From Acidimicrobiales bacterium (GTDB lineage Bacteria; Actinomycetota; Acidimicrobiia; Acidimicrobiales; DATDAH01): DNA of 64,000 bases. Position numbers and translations under genes: made by a program. Under the pieces are notes generated by a model. The model did no database searches, had not been told where the DNA came from, and was given only the letters and a program-made list of their open reading frames with translations. The stretch spans positions 582 to 64,581 of the forward strand of contig DATDAH010000199.1 in NCBI GenBank assembly GCA_036525535.1, read 5' to 3'. Positions 17,731-27,563 of this stretch are shown here, piece after piece (within the stretch, counting starts at the first letter, position 1; the number at the start of each line of letters is the position of its first letter).

Positions 17731-19746
17731 GTGGCACTCACCGAAGAACGCCCACTCGCTCTGCCCGCCGCCGCTGACGGCGACGACGACTTCCAGCCGC
17801 TGGGTGTGTTCCGTCGCCCGGCGACGACCACCGGCTGGCGGAGCTGGGTCACCACCGTCGACCACAAGCGCATCGGCATCATGTATGGCGTCGCCGCCTT
17901 CTTCTTCTTCTGCGTCGGCGGCAGCGAGGCCCTGCTCATCCGCACGCAGCTGGCCCGCCCGGGCAGCGACCTGCTCTCGGCCAACACCTACAACCAGGTG
18001 TTCACCATGCACGGCGTCACCATGGTGTTCCTGGTGATCATGCCCATGGCTGCGGCGTTCGCCAACTACCTGCTGCCCCTCCAGATCGGGGCCAGGGACG
18101 TCGCCTTCCCCCGGATGAACGCCTTCAGCCTGTGGTGCTTCCTGGCCGCCGGCATCTTCGTCAACACCAGCTGGTTCCTCGGCGGTGGCCCCGACGGGGG
18201 CTGGTTCGCCTACGCCCCGAACACCGGCGTCGTCTTCTCGCCGTCCCACGGCCTCGACTTCTTCAGCCTCGGCCTGCTCATCGCCGGCATCGCCTCGCTG
18301 GCCAGCGCCGTCAACCTGACCGTCACCGTGCTCAACATGCGGGCGCCGGGGATGGACCTGATGAAGATGCCGGTGTTCACCTGGATGATCCTGGTCGTCC
18401 AGGTGCTCCTGGTGCTGGCCCTGCCGGTGATCACCGTGGCTCTGGTCCTGCTGACCCTGGACCGGCTCTTCGGCGCCAACTTCTTCAACGTCTCCCAGGG
18501 CGCCGACCCGCTCCTCTGGCAGCACCTGTTCTGGATCTTCGGCCACCCCGAGGTCTACATCCTGATCCTGCCCAGCTTCGGCATCGTGTCCGAGGTCATC
18601 CCGGTCTTCAGCCGCAAGCCCATCTTCGGGTACCCGTTCATGGTCGCCTCGGGCATCGCCATCGGCTTCATGGGCTGGGGCGTGTGGGCCCACCACATGT
18701 TCGTCTCCGGGCTCGGGCCCATCTCGGTGGCGGCCTTCGCCCTGTCGACCATGTTCATCGCCGTGCCCACCGGGGTGAAGATCCTCAACTGGATGGCCAC
18801 CATGTGGGGGGGCAAGCTCGAGTTCACCACGGCGATGCTCTTCGCCATCGGGTTGGTGGGCATGTTCACCATCGGTGGGCTTTCGGGCGTGACCCACGCC
18901 GTGGCCCCGGCCGACACCCAGCAGACCGACACCTACTACATCGTCGCCCACTTCCACTACGTCCTCTTCGGCGGAGCCATGATGGGCCTCTTCTCCGGCT
19001 TCTACTTCTGGTGGCCCAAGATCTTCGGCCACGTCCTCAACGAGAGGTTGGGCAAGGTCCACTTCTGGCTGATGTTCATCGGCTTCAACCTGACGTTCGG
19101 GCCCATGCACATCCTCGGCCTGCAGGGCATGTCCCGCCGGATCTACACGTACGAAGAGGGCCTCGGCTTCGACCTCTGGAACATGGTCTCCTCGATCGGG
19201 GCCTTCACGATCGCCGTGTCCATCCTGGTCTTCCTGGCCAACGTGGTCCGCAGCCGGCTCAACGCCGCCAGCGCCCCGCCGCCGGGCCCCGACCCGTGGG
19301 ACGCCCGCAGCCTCGAGTGGATGCTCCCGTCGCCCACCCCGGCCCACAACTTCGACGAGATCCCGACGGTCACCCGGCTCGACGAGTTCTGGCACCGCAA
19401 GTACGGCACCGACGAGAACGGGCGCACCGTGCGCATCGCCGAGACCGAGGAGGTGGCCCAGAAGGGTGACGCCACTGGCGTCCACCTGCCGTCACCGTCC
19501 TACTGGCCCCTGGTCGTGGCGCTGGGCCTCCCCCTGATCGGCTACGGCCTGATCTTCAACCTGGCCTGGGCCGTCCCCGGCGTGCTCCTGGTGCTGGGTG
19601 GGATCTACGGCTGGGGTCTCGAGCCCGCCGACGACGACGAGAACCCGCCGCACCACCACGCTCCGGCCGACGCCGTCGCCGCCGGCGACGACCCCGCGGC
19701 CGAGTTGGCGGCTGCGCCCGAGACCGAGGAGGTCGCCGGTGGCTGA
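17731..19746 (+). CDS. ctaD: Cytochrome c oxidase subunit I, with a C-terminal 2-TM extension
   Basis: All canonical motifs are present: 'FTMHG', 'FGHPEVYILILP', 'WAHHMF', 'VAHFHYVLFGG'. Start GTG 17731. The extra tail is 'SPSYWPLVVALGLPLIGYGLIF...GGIYGWGLEP...PPHHHAP'. Confidence 0.92.
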   Translation: MALTEERPLALPAAADGDDDFQPLGVFRRPATTTGWRSWVTTVDHKRIGIMYGVAAFFFFCVGGSEALLIRTQLARPGSDLLSANTYNQVFTMHGVTMVFLVIMPMAAAFANYLLPLQIGARDVAFPRMNAFSLWCFLAAGIFVNTSWFLGGGPDGGWFAYAPNTGVVFSPSHGLDFFSLGLLIAGIASLASAVNLTVTVLNMRAPGMDLMKMPVFTWMILVVQVLLVLALPVITVALVLLTLDRLFGANFFNVSQGADPLLWQHLFWIFGHPEVYILILPSFGIVSEVIPVFSRKPIFGYPFMVASGIAIGFMGWGVWAHHMFVSGLGPISVAAFALSTMFIAVPTGVKILNWMATMWGGKLEFTTAMLFAIGLVGMFTIGGLSGVTHAVAPADTQQTDTYYIVAHFHYVLFGGAMMGLFSGFYFWWPKIFGHVLNERLGKVHFWLMFIGFNLTFGPMHILGLQGMSRRIYTYEEGLGFDLWNMVSSIGAFTIAVSILVFLANVVRSRLNAASAPPPGPDPWDARSLEWMLPSPTPAHNFDEIPTVTRLDEFWHRKYGTDENGRTVRIAETEEVAQKGDATGVHLPSPSYWPLVVALGLPLIGYGLIFNLAWAVPGVLLVLGGIYGWGLEPADDDENPPHHHAPADAVAAGDDPAAELAAAPETEEVAGG

Positions 19747-20350
19747 CGCCACGATCGCCGCCCCGGGCGAGCCCCATGCCGGGGGCCACGCCACCAGCAC
19801 GGGCCTCTCCAACGAGAAGCTGGGGATGTGGGTGTTCCTGTCCTCGGAGTGCCTGCTGTTCGGTGGGCTCATCTCCACCTACCTGCTGCTGCACGACCGG
19901 TCGGTCGAGGGGCCGACGCCCCAGGACGTCTACGACATCCCCTTCACGTCGGTCTCCTCGTTCGTCCTCCTCATGAGCTCGCTGACCATGGTGCTGGCCG
20001 TGTCGGCCCTGACCCGGGGCGACATGCGTCGGAATCGGCTGTGGCTGCTGACCACCGCCCTGCTGGGCACGATCTTCATCGGTGGCCAGGTCTACGAGTT
20101 CACCACGTTCGTGCGGGAGGGCCTCGGGTTCACCACCAACATCTTCGGCTCGGCCTTCTACACGCTGACCGGGTTCCACGGGGTCCACGTGACCGTGGGC
20201 ATACTCATGCTCCTGTCGCTGGTCGGTCTGTCCCTCCGGGGGACCCTCAGCCAGGAACGGGCCGAGACGGTCGAGATCATCGGCCTCTACTGGCACTTCG
20301 TGGACATCATCTGGATCGTCATCTTCACCGTCGTCTACCTGGCAGCCTGA
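19739..20350 (+). CDS. ctaE: Cytochrome c oxidase subunit III (short 5-TM type)
   Basis: 'LGMWVFLSSECLLFGGL', 'FYTLTGFHGVHVTVG', 'LYWHFVDIIW'. GTG 19739 overlaps the ctaD stop (GTGGCTGA). Confidence 0.9.
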   Translation: MADATIAAPGEPHAGGHATSTGLSNEKLGMWVFLSSECLLFGGLISTYLLLHDRSVEGPTPQDVYDIPFTSVSSFVLLMSSLTMVLAVSALTRGDMRRNRLWLLTTALLGTIFIGGQVYEFTTFVREGLGFTTNIFGSAFYTLTGFHGVHVTVGILMLLSLVGLSLRGTLSQERAETVEIIGLYWHFVDIIWIVIFTVVYLAA

Positions 20351-20357
20351 GGTCACG

Positions 20358-20705
20358 ATGAGCAGCACCGACGCCCTGACCGACGAGGAATACGAGGCGC
20401 TGCCGACCGAGCCGGACCAGACCGGGGCCCACCACCCGACCGAGCTGCTGTACGTAAAGGTCGCCGCTCTCCTCGCCGCCATCACCCTGGCCGAGATCAG
20501 CACCTACTGGTTCGACTTCGGTGACTTCCTCCTCCCGGCCCTGATCACGATGATGGTCGTGAAGTTCGCTCTGGTCATCGGGTACTTCATGCACCTGCGC
20601 TTCGACAACCGGATCTTCACCCGGGTGTTCCTGTCCGGGCTGTTCATCGCTATTGCGGTGTACATCGTCATGCTCACCACCTTCCACTACTGGCAGAACC
20701 CGTAG
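20358..20705 (+). CDS. ctaF: Cytochrome c oxidase subunit IV (prokaryotic COX4_pro / Bacillus CtaF type)
   Basis: 115 aa with 3 TM and 'KFALVIGYFMHLRFD', typical of the CyoD/CtaF family. Confidence 0.8.
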   Translation: MSSTDALTDEEYEALPTEPDQTGAHHPTELLYVKVAALLAAITLAEISTYWFDFGDFLLPALITMMVVKFALVIGYFMHLRFDNRIFTRVFLSGLFIAIAVYIVMLTTFHYWQNP

Positions 20706-20711
20706 GTCCCC

Positions 20712-21638
20712 GTGCTGGCCGCCAACGAAGCCGCCTGGCGCTGGCAGCCGCACCCCGAGGTCTGGCTCCTGGTCCTCGGGGTCGTCGCCCTCTCGCTCTA
20801 CGTGACCCGGGTCATCGGCCCCAAGGTCGTGCCCGCCGGCCAGCCGGTCCTGAGGCGCCGGCAGGCGGTCTGCCTGGTCGCCGGGATCCTGACCCTGTGG
20901 CTGGCCTCGGACTGGCCCCTGCACGACCTCGGCGAGGAGTACCTGTTCTCGCTGCACATGACCCAGCACCTGTTGCTGAGCTACGTGATGCCGCTGCTCT
21001 TCCTGCTGGCCACGCCGCCCTGGCTGGCCCGCCTGGTCGTCCCCGAGGGGTCGGCGTCCTACCGGTGGCTGCACCGGTTCTCCCGGCCCCTGGTCGCAGG
21101 CCTCCTGTTCAACGCCGTGGTCGTCTTCACCCATTGGCCCGCGCTGGTCAACAAGGTCGTGACCAACGGTCCCATGCACTACGGGATCCACGTGCTGGTG
21201 GTGGCCAGCGCCGTGCTCATGTGGATGCCGGTGTTCGGCCCCTTCGCCGAGTGGCGCATGTCCAGCCCGCCCGCCATGGCCTACCTCTTCGCCATGTCCC
21301 TGCTGCCGACGGTGCCGGCCTCGTGGCTGATCTTCGCCGACGGGTCGGTCTACAACGTGTACGACACGCCGTTCCGCCTGTGGGGCGTGTCGGTCACGTC
21401 CGACCAGCAGGCCGCCGGCGTGATCATGAAGCTGGTCGGTGGCTCCTATCTCTGGATGTTGATCGGTGTGGTGTTCTTCCGCTGGGCCTACGCCCAGCAG
21501 AGCAACGACCCGGTCCGCATCGCCCACACCCGGACCCCGCGCTGGGACCCCTCCGACGACGCGCTCACCTTCGACGCCGTCCAGGCCGCCTTCGACGCCG
21601 CGGGCTCGGCCCCGGCCGAACAGGACACGTCCGCATGA
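20712..21638 (+). CDS. ctaG: Cytochrome c oxidase assembly factor CtaG (caa3_CtaG family)
   Basis: 'FSLHMTQHLLLSYVMPLLFLLATP' and 'HYGIHVLVVASAVLMW', in a polytopic protein at the end of the cta operon. Confidence 0.8.
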   Translation: MLAANEAAWRWQPHPEVWLLVLGVVALSLYVTRVIGPKVVPAGQPVLRRRQAVCLVAGILTLWLASDWPLHDLGEEYLFSLHMTQHLLLSYVMPLLFLLATPPWLARLVVPEGSASYRWLHRFSRPLVAGLLFNAVVVFTHWPALVNKVVTNGPMHYGIHVLVVASAVLMWMPVFGPFAEWRMSSPPAMAYLFAMSLLPTVPASWLIFADGSVYNVYDTPFRLWGVSVTSDQQAAGVIMKLVGGSYLWMLIGVVFFRWAYAQQSNDPVRIAHTRTPRWDPSDDALTFDAVQAAFDAAGSAPAEQDTSA

Positions 21639-22420
21639 TCCTCGAAGGCAAGACCGTCATCGTCTCCGGCGTGGGCCCTGGCCTCGGCGGGGAGGTGGCC
21701 CGGCTCGCCGTGCGCGACGGGGCCAACGTCGTCATGGCCGCCCGGTCGGCGGAGAAGCTGGCGGCGGCGGCGACCGAGCTGGACCCCTCGGGGGACCGCG
21801 TCCTGGCCGTACCCACCGACATCGGGGACCTGGCTGCCTGCACGGCCCTCGTCACCGCCGCCACCGACCGCTTCGGCGCCGTGCACGCGGTGGCCCAGGT
21901 GGCCGCGGTCGACACCGCCCTCGGCAACCTGGCGGCCTCGTCCGACGACGACTGGCGCCGCTGCTTCGACACCAACGTGGTCGGGTCGATGAACGTGGTC
22001 CGGGCCGTGACCCCCGCCTTGCGGGACGCGGGGGGCGGGGCCGTGGTCCTGATCGGCTCCCAGTCCGCGGTCCTGCCGCCGACGCTCATGCCCCAGATCG
22101 CCTACGCCGCCTCCAAGGGCGCGCTCCTCTCGGCCATGTACCACCTCGCCGACGAGCTGGGCCCCGACCGCATCCGGGTGAACGTCGTCATCCCCACGTG
22201 GATGTGGGGCCCGCCGGTCCAGATGTACGTGGACTGGCAGTCCGGTGAGCGCCAGGTGTCGCCCGAGGCGGTCATGGGGGAGATCACGGCCAACATGTCG
22301 ATCCCCGAGATCCCGGCCGACGAAGACGTGGCCGAAGCGGTGATCTGGCTCTGCTCGGACCGGGCTCGCATGGTCACGGGCCAGTCCCTCATGGTGAACG
22401 CGGGCGAGCTCAAAGGCTGA
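21635..22420 (+). CDS. SDR family oxidoreductase
   Basis: 'GKTVIVSGVGPGLGGEVA' Rossmann motif and catalytic 'YAASKGAL'. ATGA overlap with the ctaG stop. Confidence 0.85.
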   Translation: MILEGKTVIVSGVGPGLGGEVARLAVRDGANVVMAARSAEKLAAAATELDPSGDRVLAVPTDIGDLAACTALVTAATDRFGAVHAVAQVAAVDTALGNLAASSDDDWRRCFDTNVVGSMNVVRAVTPALRDAGGGAVVLIGSQSAVLPPTLMPQIAYAASKGALLSAMYHLADELGPDRIRVNVVIPTWMWGPPVQMYVDWQSGERQVSPEAVMGEITANMSIPEIPADEDVAEAVIWLCSDRARMVTGQSLMVNAGELKG

Positions 22421-22465
22421 CCCGGAGGCCTCAAGACCGGAGGCCCCACAGCCGACGGGTGAACC

Positions 22466-22963
22466 GTGCTCGAGTCCGCTCCCCCTGACGCCTCGCGGGT
22501 CACCGCATTCGACCCGGACGCGGCGCGCACCTTGTCGGGCCGCCCCGTGGTCGACGGGACGGCCACCCGGCCGGCCACGCGGGTCGGTCGCGGCACGGTG
22601 GTGTTCGCGGTGACCCTGGCCGTGGCCCTGGTCGTCGGGGTCAGCCTGGTATTGCTGCGCCGAGGCCCCGAGGGCACCGACGTCCGGGCGATGGCGCCGG
22701 GCGACTGCTACGTCGAGACCGACGTGGTGGAGGAGGACGGTCGGTCGGTGCCCTACGGGACCGACACCCCCTGCCTGTCCATCTCCCCCCGGATCGTGGC
22801 CGTGGTCGCGCTACCCATCGGGCCCTATCCCGGCGAGGCCGGCTTCGACCAGGTGGTGGCCGATCGCTGCGGGGGGGAGGCCGACATCATCGTGGCCCCG
22901 ACGTCGAACACCTGGCCCGCGGGCGATCGCACCGTGGTCTGCATCGCCCTCCCCGAGGTCTGA
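22466..22963 (+). CDS. Hypothetical membrane-anchored protein (septum-formation-like Cys-containing ectodomain)
   Basis: A single TM 'VVFAVTLAVALVVGVSLVLL', then a small domain with 4 Cys. Assignment is weak. Confidence 0.45.
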   Translation: MLESAPPDASRVTAFDPDAARTLSGRPVVDGTATRPATRVGRGTVVFAVTLAVALVVGVSLVLLRRGPEGTDVRAMAPGDCYVETDVVEEDGRSVPYGTDTPCLSISPRIVAVVALPIGPYPGEAGFDQVVADRCGGEADIIVAPTSNTWPAGDRTVVCIALPEV

Positions 22964-22972
22964 TCCGGGGGC

Positions 22973-24364
22973 TCAGCCCCGGGCGCAGGACGCGCCGAAG
23001 CTGCGGTCCGCCGCCGTCCAGCCGGGCCGGTCGCCTTGGGGCCAGAAGTCGCCGGTGTGGGGGTCCTGGTCGTAGGCCACCGGGGCCGGTTCGCCCGCCG
23101 CGATGCGGGTGACGGCGGCCACCAGGCGGTCGACGTCATCGACCGAGGTGGACAACCCGGCGCTGGCCCGGACTGCGCCGGGGATCTCCCGCTTGTCGCC
23201 CCGGAGCACCGCACCCCGGTACGCGGCGACCTCGTCGGCGTCGAGTCCGAGCAGGCGGAGCAGGTAGGGGTGGGCACAGAAGCAACCGTGGCGGACCCCG
23301 ATGCCGAACTCCGCGCTCAGGCGGGCGGCGACCAGGGCGTGGGACAGCCCGTCGACCGTGAACGTGGCCGTGGGCAGCGTCGCCGTGGCCAGCCCCGGAC
23401 CGAGCAGGTGGACCCCGGGCACGGCGGCCAGATCGGTGCGCAACCGTTCGGCCACCTCGTCGTCGTGGGCCGCCACCGCGTCCCAGCCGATGGCGGTCAG
23501 CTCGTCCATGGCCGCGTGCAGCGCCACGGCACCGATCACGTTCGGCGAGCCCGCCTCCTCCCGCTCGGGGGGATCGGTCCAGACGACCTCGTCCAGGTCG
23601 ACCAGATCCACCGCGCCGCCCCCGGCCAGGAAGGGATCGCCGTCGGCGAAGGCGGACCGGGGCCCGACGAGCACGCCGGTGCCGAAGGGGGCGTAGAGCT
23701 TGTGCCCGCTCCAGGCCAGGAAGTCGGCGGCGGCCGGCAGGGGGCCGTGGGGAGCCAACTGCGCGGCGTCGACGAGCACGGGCACGCCCCGGTCGTGGGC
23801 GGCGACGATGATCTCGTCGAGGGCGGGGCGCCAGCCGGTGACGTTGGAGGCCGCGGTCAGCGCGAGGAGGGCGGGCGGGGGGCCGTCGTCGAGCTGGGCC
23901 GTGACCTCGGCCACGGTGAAGGTCCCGGTCGTCCCGCACTCGACGAATCGGCGTCGGCAGGCCCGGGCCCACGGCAGCAGGTTGGCGTGGTGCTCGACCA
24001 CGGTGGTCACGACCACGTCATCCGGGCGCAGACGGAGGCGGTACGCGAGGTGGTTGATGGCCTCGGTCGTGTTGCGGCAGAGGATGGCCACGTCGTCGCC
24101 GTCGGGGGAGCGACCGGCGAAGCGCAGGGCGGCGTCCCGAGCCCGTTCGTAGGCCGTCGTCGCCTCCCGGGAGCGGTACCCCGCACCCCGGTGGACGCTG
24201 GAGTACCGGGGCAGGAACTCGGTGACCCGCTGGGCCACGATGGGCAGGGCCGGGGTCGAGGCGCCGGCGTCCAGGTTCAGGTACGGGCGGTCGACGCCGT
24301 CGACGCAGGGCACGGGCTCGTCGTCGCCGACCAGGGTGACGGGCAGGCGGGGGGCGTTGTTCAC
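22973..24364 (-). CDS. Aminotransferase class V-fold PLP-dependent enzyme (cysteine desulfurase-like)
   Basis: 'DFLAWSGHKLYAPFGTGVLVG' PLP-lysine region and 'RHGCFCAHPY' near the C-terminus. Confidence 0.8.
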   Translation of the reverse strand: MNNAPRLPVTLVGDDEPVPCVDGVDRPYLNLDAGASTPALPIVAQRVTEFLPRYSSVHRGAGYRSREATTAYERARDAALRFAGRSPDGDDVAILCRNTTEAINHLAYRLRLRPDDVVVTTVVEHHANLLPWARACRRRFVECGTTGTFTVAEVTAQLDDGPPPALLALTAASNVTGWRPALDEIIVAAHDRGVPVLVDAAQLAPHGPLPAAADFLAWSGHKLYAPFGTGVLVGPRSAFADGDPFLAGGGAVDLVDLDEVVWTDPPEREEAGSPNVIGAVALHAAMDELTAIGWDAVAAHDDEVAERLRTDLAAVPGVHLLGPGLATATLPTATFTVDGLSHALVAARLSAEFGIGVRHGCFCAHPYLLRLLGLDADEVAAYRGAVLRGDKREIPGAVRASAGLSTSVDDVDRLVAAVTRIAAGEPAPVAYDQDPHTGDFWPQGDRPGWTAADRSFGASCARG

Positions 24365-24371
24365 GGCGGTC

Positions 24372-25106
24372 TCACTCCCATCGGAACCAGCGGACGGCCG
24401 CCGCCGGGGCGGCGACGGCCCACACGACGAGCACCAGCCAGGACCGGGCGGCGATGTCGCCCCCGGGGGTGAGCGCCCCGGTCGTGATGTCGGCCAGGGC
24501 GGCGGCGGGCAGCAGCTCGGCGAACGTCCGCACGGCGGTGGGCAGCTCCTCGAGAGGGATGACCATGCCGCCCAACAGGAGCAGGGCCAGATAGAGGCCG
24601 TTGGCCAAGGCCAGGGTCATCTCGCCCCGCAGCGTGCCGGCCATCCAGAGGCCGATCCCGGCGAAGGCCACGGTGGCGAGGACGGTGCCGGCGAACGCCA
24701 GAGGGATGCCGGCGACGTCGGGGTCCCAGCCCAGGAGGAGGGCCACCACGGTCAGGACCACCACCTGCACGACGAGGACCAGGCCGATGGCGATGGTCTT
24801 GCCGCCGAGCAGGCGCCCTCGGCCCAGAGGGGTGGCCCCCAGGCGCTTGAGGACGAGGTACTGGCGTTCGAACCCGGTGGCGATGGCCAGGTTGACCATG
24901 GCGGTGGACATGACGGCGAGGGCCAACACCCCTGGGGCGAGGAAGGCCACCGGGTCGTCGCCGTCGATGGGCAGTACGTCGACGACGCAGAAGAACACGA
25001 GCAGGCCGACCGGGATGCCCAGGGTGAGCAGCAGCGACTCGCCCCGCCGCAGGGACAGCGTGGTCTCGATGCGGGCCTGGGCGGCCAGCGCGCTCCCGCC
25101 GCTCAC
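24372..25106 (-). CDS. ABC-2 type transporter permease
   Basis: 6-TM 244-aa protein. GTG 25106 forms a GTGA overlap with the upstream ATPase stop. The remainder of the 910-aa track ORF is antisense to serS and rejected. Confidence 0.8.
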   Translation of the reverse strand: MSGGSALAAQARIETTLSLRRGESLLLTLGIPVGLLVFFCVVDVLPIDGDDPVAFLAPGVLALAVMSTAMVNLAIATGFERQYLVLKRLGATPLGRGRLLGGKTIAIGLVLVVQVVVLTVVALLLGWDPDVAGIPLAFAGTVLATVAFAGIGLWMAGTLRGEMTLALANGLYLALLLLGGMVIPLEELPTAVRTFAELLPAAALADITTGALTPGGDIAARSWLVLVVWAVAAPAAAVRWFRWE

Positions 25107-26017
25107 GGTGCCTTCTCCCGGGTGAGCCGGAGGAAGACATCCTCGAGGTGCTGGCGGCCGGCCCGGAGGTCGCCCAGGGCCAGGTTGCGCTCGGCCAGCC
25201 AGGCCGTGAGCGCGGCCACGGTGCGGGGGGAGGGCTCGGTCGCCACCCGGTACTCGCCGTCGGTCTCCTCGGTGACCGGGGCGCCGAGCGCGGTGGCCAG
25301 GCTGTGCACGTCCAGCCCGGCGGGGGCACCGAAGCGGATCTCGGCGGCCGGGGCGCTCATCAGCTCCGCCGGCGTGCCGTCGGCGACCACGCGGCCCCGG
25401 TCGACGATCACGACCCGGTCGGCCACCTTCTCGGCCTCGGCCAGGTCGTGGGTGGCCAGCAGGACGCAGACCCCGGCGTCCCGTTGCTCCCTGACCACGT
25501 CCCGCACCAACAGGCGGCCGTCCACGTCGAGACCGGCGGTGGGCTCGTCCAGGAACGCCACCTGGGGCCGACCGACGAGGGCCAGGGCGAGGGACAGGCG
25601 TTGCTGCTGGCCCCCCGACAGGCGGCGGGCCGTGGCCTTGCCCTGGTCCTCCAGCCCCACCCGCCGGAGCAGGGCGGCGGGGTCGGCCGGCTCGTCGTAG
25701 AAGGCCGCGAAGAGATCGAGGACCTCGGCGGTGCGGATGCCGGGGTAGAGGCCACCCTCCTGGAGCATCACGCCGATGCGACCGACCACGGCGGCGTGGT
25801 CGGCCAGGGGGTCGTGACCCAGGACCCGGACGGCGCCGGCCGCCGGCCGGCGGAAGCCTTCGAGGGCCTCGATGGTGGAGGTCTTGCCTGCCCCGTTCGG
25901 CCCCAGGAGGGCGACCACTTCGCCCGCTTCGGCGGCGAACGACACCCCGTCCACGGCCACCACGTCGCCGTAGGCGATGCGCAGGTCCCGGACCTCGACG
26001 GCCGACGGTTGGCTCAC
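25103..26017 (-). CDS. ABC transporter ATP-binding protein (DrrA/ABC-2 exporter type)
   Basis: 'GPNGAGKTSTIEAL', 'LSGGQQQRLSLALAL', 'VAFLDEPTAGLD'. Confidence 0.9.
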   Translation of the reverse strand: MSQPSAVEVRDLRIAYGDVVAVDGVSFAAEAGEVVALLGPNGAGKTSTIEALEGFRRPAAGAVRVLGHDPLADHAAVVGRIGVMLQEGGLYPGIRTAEVLDLFAAFYDEPADPAALLRRVGLEDQGKATARRLSGGQQQRLSLALALVGRPQVAFLDEPTAGLDVDGRLLVRDVVREQRDAGVCVLLATHDLAEAEKVADRVVIVDRGRVVADGTPAELMSAPAAEIRFGAPAGLDVHSLATALGAPVTEETDGEYRVATEPSPRTVAALTAWLAERNLALGDLRAGRQHLEDVFLRLTREKAP

Positions 26018-26102
26018 GACCGGACGCTACCGACTGGCCCCGGGGCGGACGCAGGCCGAAAGGCCCCGGGTTCGAGGGGTGGGCGGCGGTACCTTCCCTG
26101 CG

Positions 26103-27392
26103 GTGATCGACGTCCGCCTGATCCGCAGTGACCCCGATGCGGTCAAGTCCGCCCTCGGGCGCCGGGGCGAGGACCTCACGCCGATCGAACGGGTCATCGA
26201 GCTGGACCGCCGGCAGCGGGACCTGACCCGGGAGCGGGACGAGATCCGCCACCAGGTGAAGGCCCTGTCGAAGGAGGTCGGTGGGCTCCGGAAGGCGGGC
26301 GAGACCGAGCGGGCCGAAGCGCTCCAGGCCGAGAGCCGGGCTCTCGGTGAGCGGGAGGCGGCCCTGGCCGCCGAGGCCGACGCCCGGGCCGAGGAGGTCC
26401 GCCAGATCCTCCTCTTCGTCCCCAACCTGCCGTCGCCCGACGCCCCCGACGGAGCGAGTGAAGGAGACAACCCGGTTCTGCGCCAGGGCGGTCCGGATCC
26501 TGACAACTACGCCGAGCACCAGCAGGTGCCCCATTGGGAGACGGGGGAGACCCTCGGCATCCTCGACTTCGAGCGGGGGGTGAAGCTGGCCGGGTCCATG
26601 TTCGTCGCCTACCGCGGCATGGGTGCGACGGTCGCCCGCGCGCTCTGCCAGCTGGCCCTCGACCGCAACGCCGACCTGTACGAGGAGGTGCGGCCCCCCT
26701 CGCTGGTGCGGACCGAGATCATGGTCGGCACCGGTCAGCTCCCGAAGTTCCAGGAGGACGCCTACCACCTCGAGCGGGACGACCTGTGGGCGGTCCCCAC
26801 CGCCGAGGTCCCACTCACCTCGCTCTACCGGGACGAGATCCTGGACGAGGCCGACCTGCCCATGCGCTTCATGGCCTACTCGCCCTGCTTCCGGCGGGAG
26901 GCGGGCTCGGCCGGCCGGGACACGCGGGGCCTGCTGCGGGTCCACGAGTTCGACAAGGTCGAGCTCCTGGCTCTGACCACGCCGGTCCAGGCCCCGGACC
27001 TGCAGGCCGAGATCATGGACCGGGCCGAGGCCCTGGTCGGGGAGCTGGGCCTGAGCCACCGGGTCATCGACATCTGCACCGGCGACATGGGCATCGCCCA
27101 TCACCGCTCGTGGGACCTCGAGGTCTGGTCACCGGGCGTCGGCCAGTGGCTCGAGGCCTCGTCGGTCTCGTGGCTGAGCGACTACCAGGCCCGCCGGGCC
27201 AACCTCCGCTACCGCCCCGCGGGGGCCAAGGGGACCGAGCTGCTGCACACCCTCAACGGCTCGGGCCTGGCCGTCCCCCGCGTCCTCGCCGCCCTCCTCG
27301 AGGTCCATCGCCGCGAGGACGGAAGCGTCGCCCTCCCCGAACCGCTCCACCCTTACCTCCGCGGCGCCACCGAGATCGCCCTCCCCGCTTAG
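26103..27392 (+). CDS. serS: Serine--tRNA ligase
   Basis: N-terminal coiled coil 'IDVRLIRSDPDAV...' and class II motifs 'FRREAGSAGRDTRGLLRVHEF' and 'TLNGSGLAVPR'. Start GTG 26103. Confidence 0.92.
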   Translation: MIDVRLIRSDPDAVKSALGRRGEDLTPIERVIELDRRQRDLTRERDEIRHQVKALSKEVGGLRKAGETERAEALQAESRALGEREAALAAEADARAEEVRQILLFVPNLPSPDAPDGASEGDNPVLRQGGPDPDNYAEHQQVPHWETGETLGILDFERGVKLAGSMFVAYRGMGATVARALCQLALDRNADLYEEVRPPSLVRTEIMVGTGQLPKFQEDAYHLERDDLWAVPTAEVPLTSLYRDEILDEADLPMRFMAYSPCFRREAGSAGRDTRGLLRVHEFDKVELLALTTPVQAPDLQAEIMDRAEALVGELGLSHRVIDICTGDMGIAHHRSWDLEVWSPGVGQWLEASSVSWLSDYQARRANLRYRPAGAKGTELLHTLNGSGLAVPRVLAALLEVHRREDGSVALPEPLHPYLRGATEIALPA

Positions 27393-27425
27393 GAGGGGGT
27401 TTCCGGCCTCGGGTATCGTCGCCCC

Positions 27426-27563
27426 GTGCTCGCTCTGACCACGGCGCAGGTGCTGTTCAGCATCGCCCTGGGCCTCGTCGCCCTGCTCATCACCGGCTTC
27501 GGCCTCTACGTGGCCCGGACCACGTTCTGGGGCGACCGCTGGTACCCGAAAGCCTCTCGATGA
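27426..27563 (+). CDS. Possible 45-aa single-TM mini-protein translationally coupled to sdhC
   Basis: GTG start, strongly GC3-biased codons, peptide 'VLALTTAQVLFSIALGLVALLITGFGLYVARTTFWGDRWYPKASR'. Its stop overlaps the sdhC ATG (ATGA). No good SD. It is not in the ORF track because it is under 60 aa. Confidence 0.3.
   Translation: MLALTTAQVLFSIALGLVALLITGFGLYVARTTFWGDRWYPKASR

Noticed and set aside
17557-19485. 642-aa minus-strand ORF, and similar antisense ORFs at 16170-17537, 15253-16515, 20325-21527 and 19556-20503
   Set aside because: They lie opposite the unmistakable ctaC, ctaD, ctaE and ctaG genes. Their composition is Gly/Asp/His/Arg-rich without domains, as expected for mirror frames of membrane-protein genes.
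24372-27104. 910-aa minus-strand ORF
   Set aside because: Only 24372-25106 is a real ABC-2 permease. Upstream it is antisense to serS and in a different frame from the ABC ATPase at 25103-26017.
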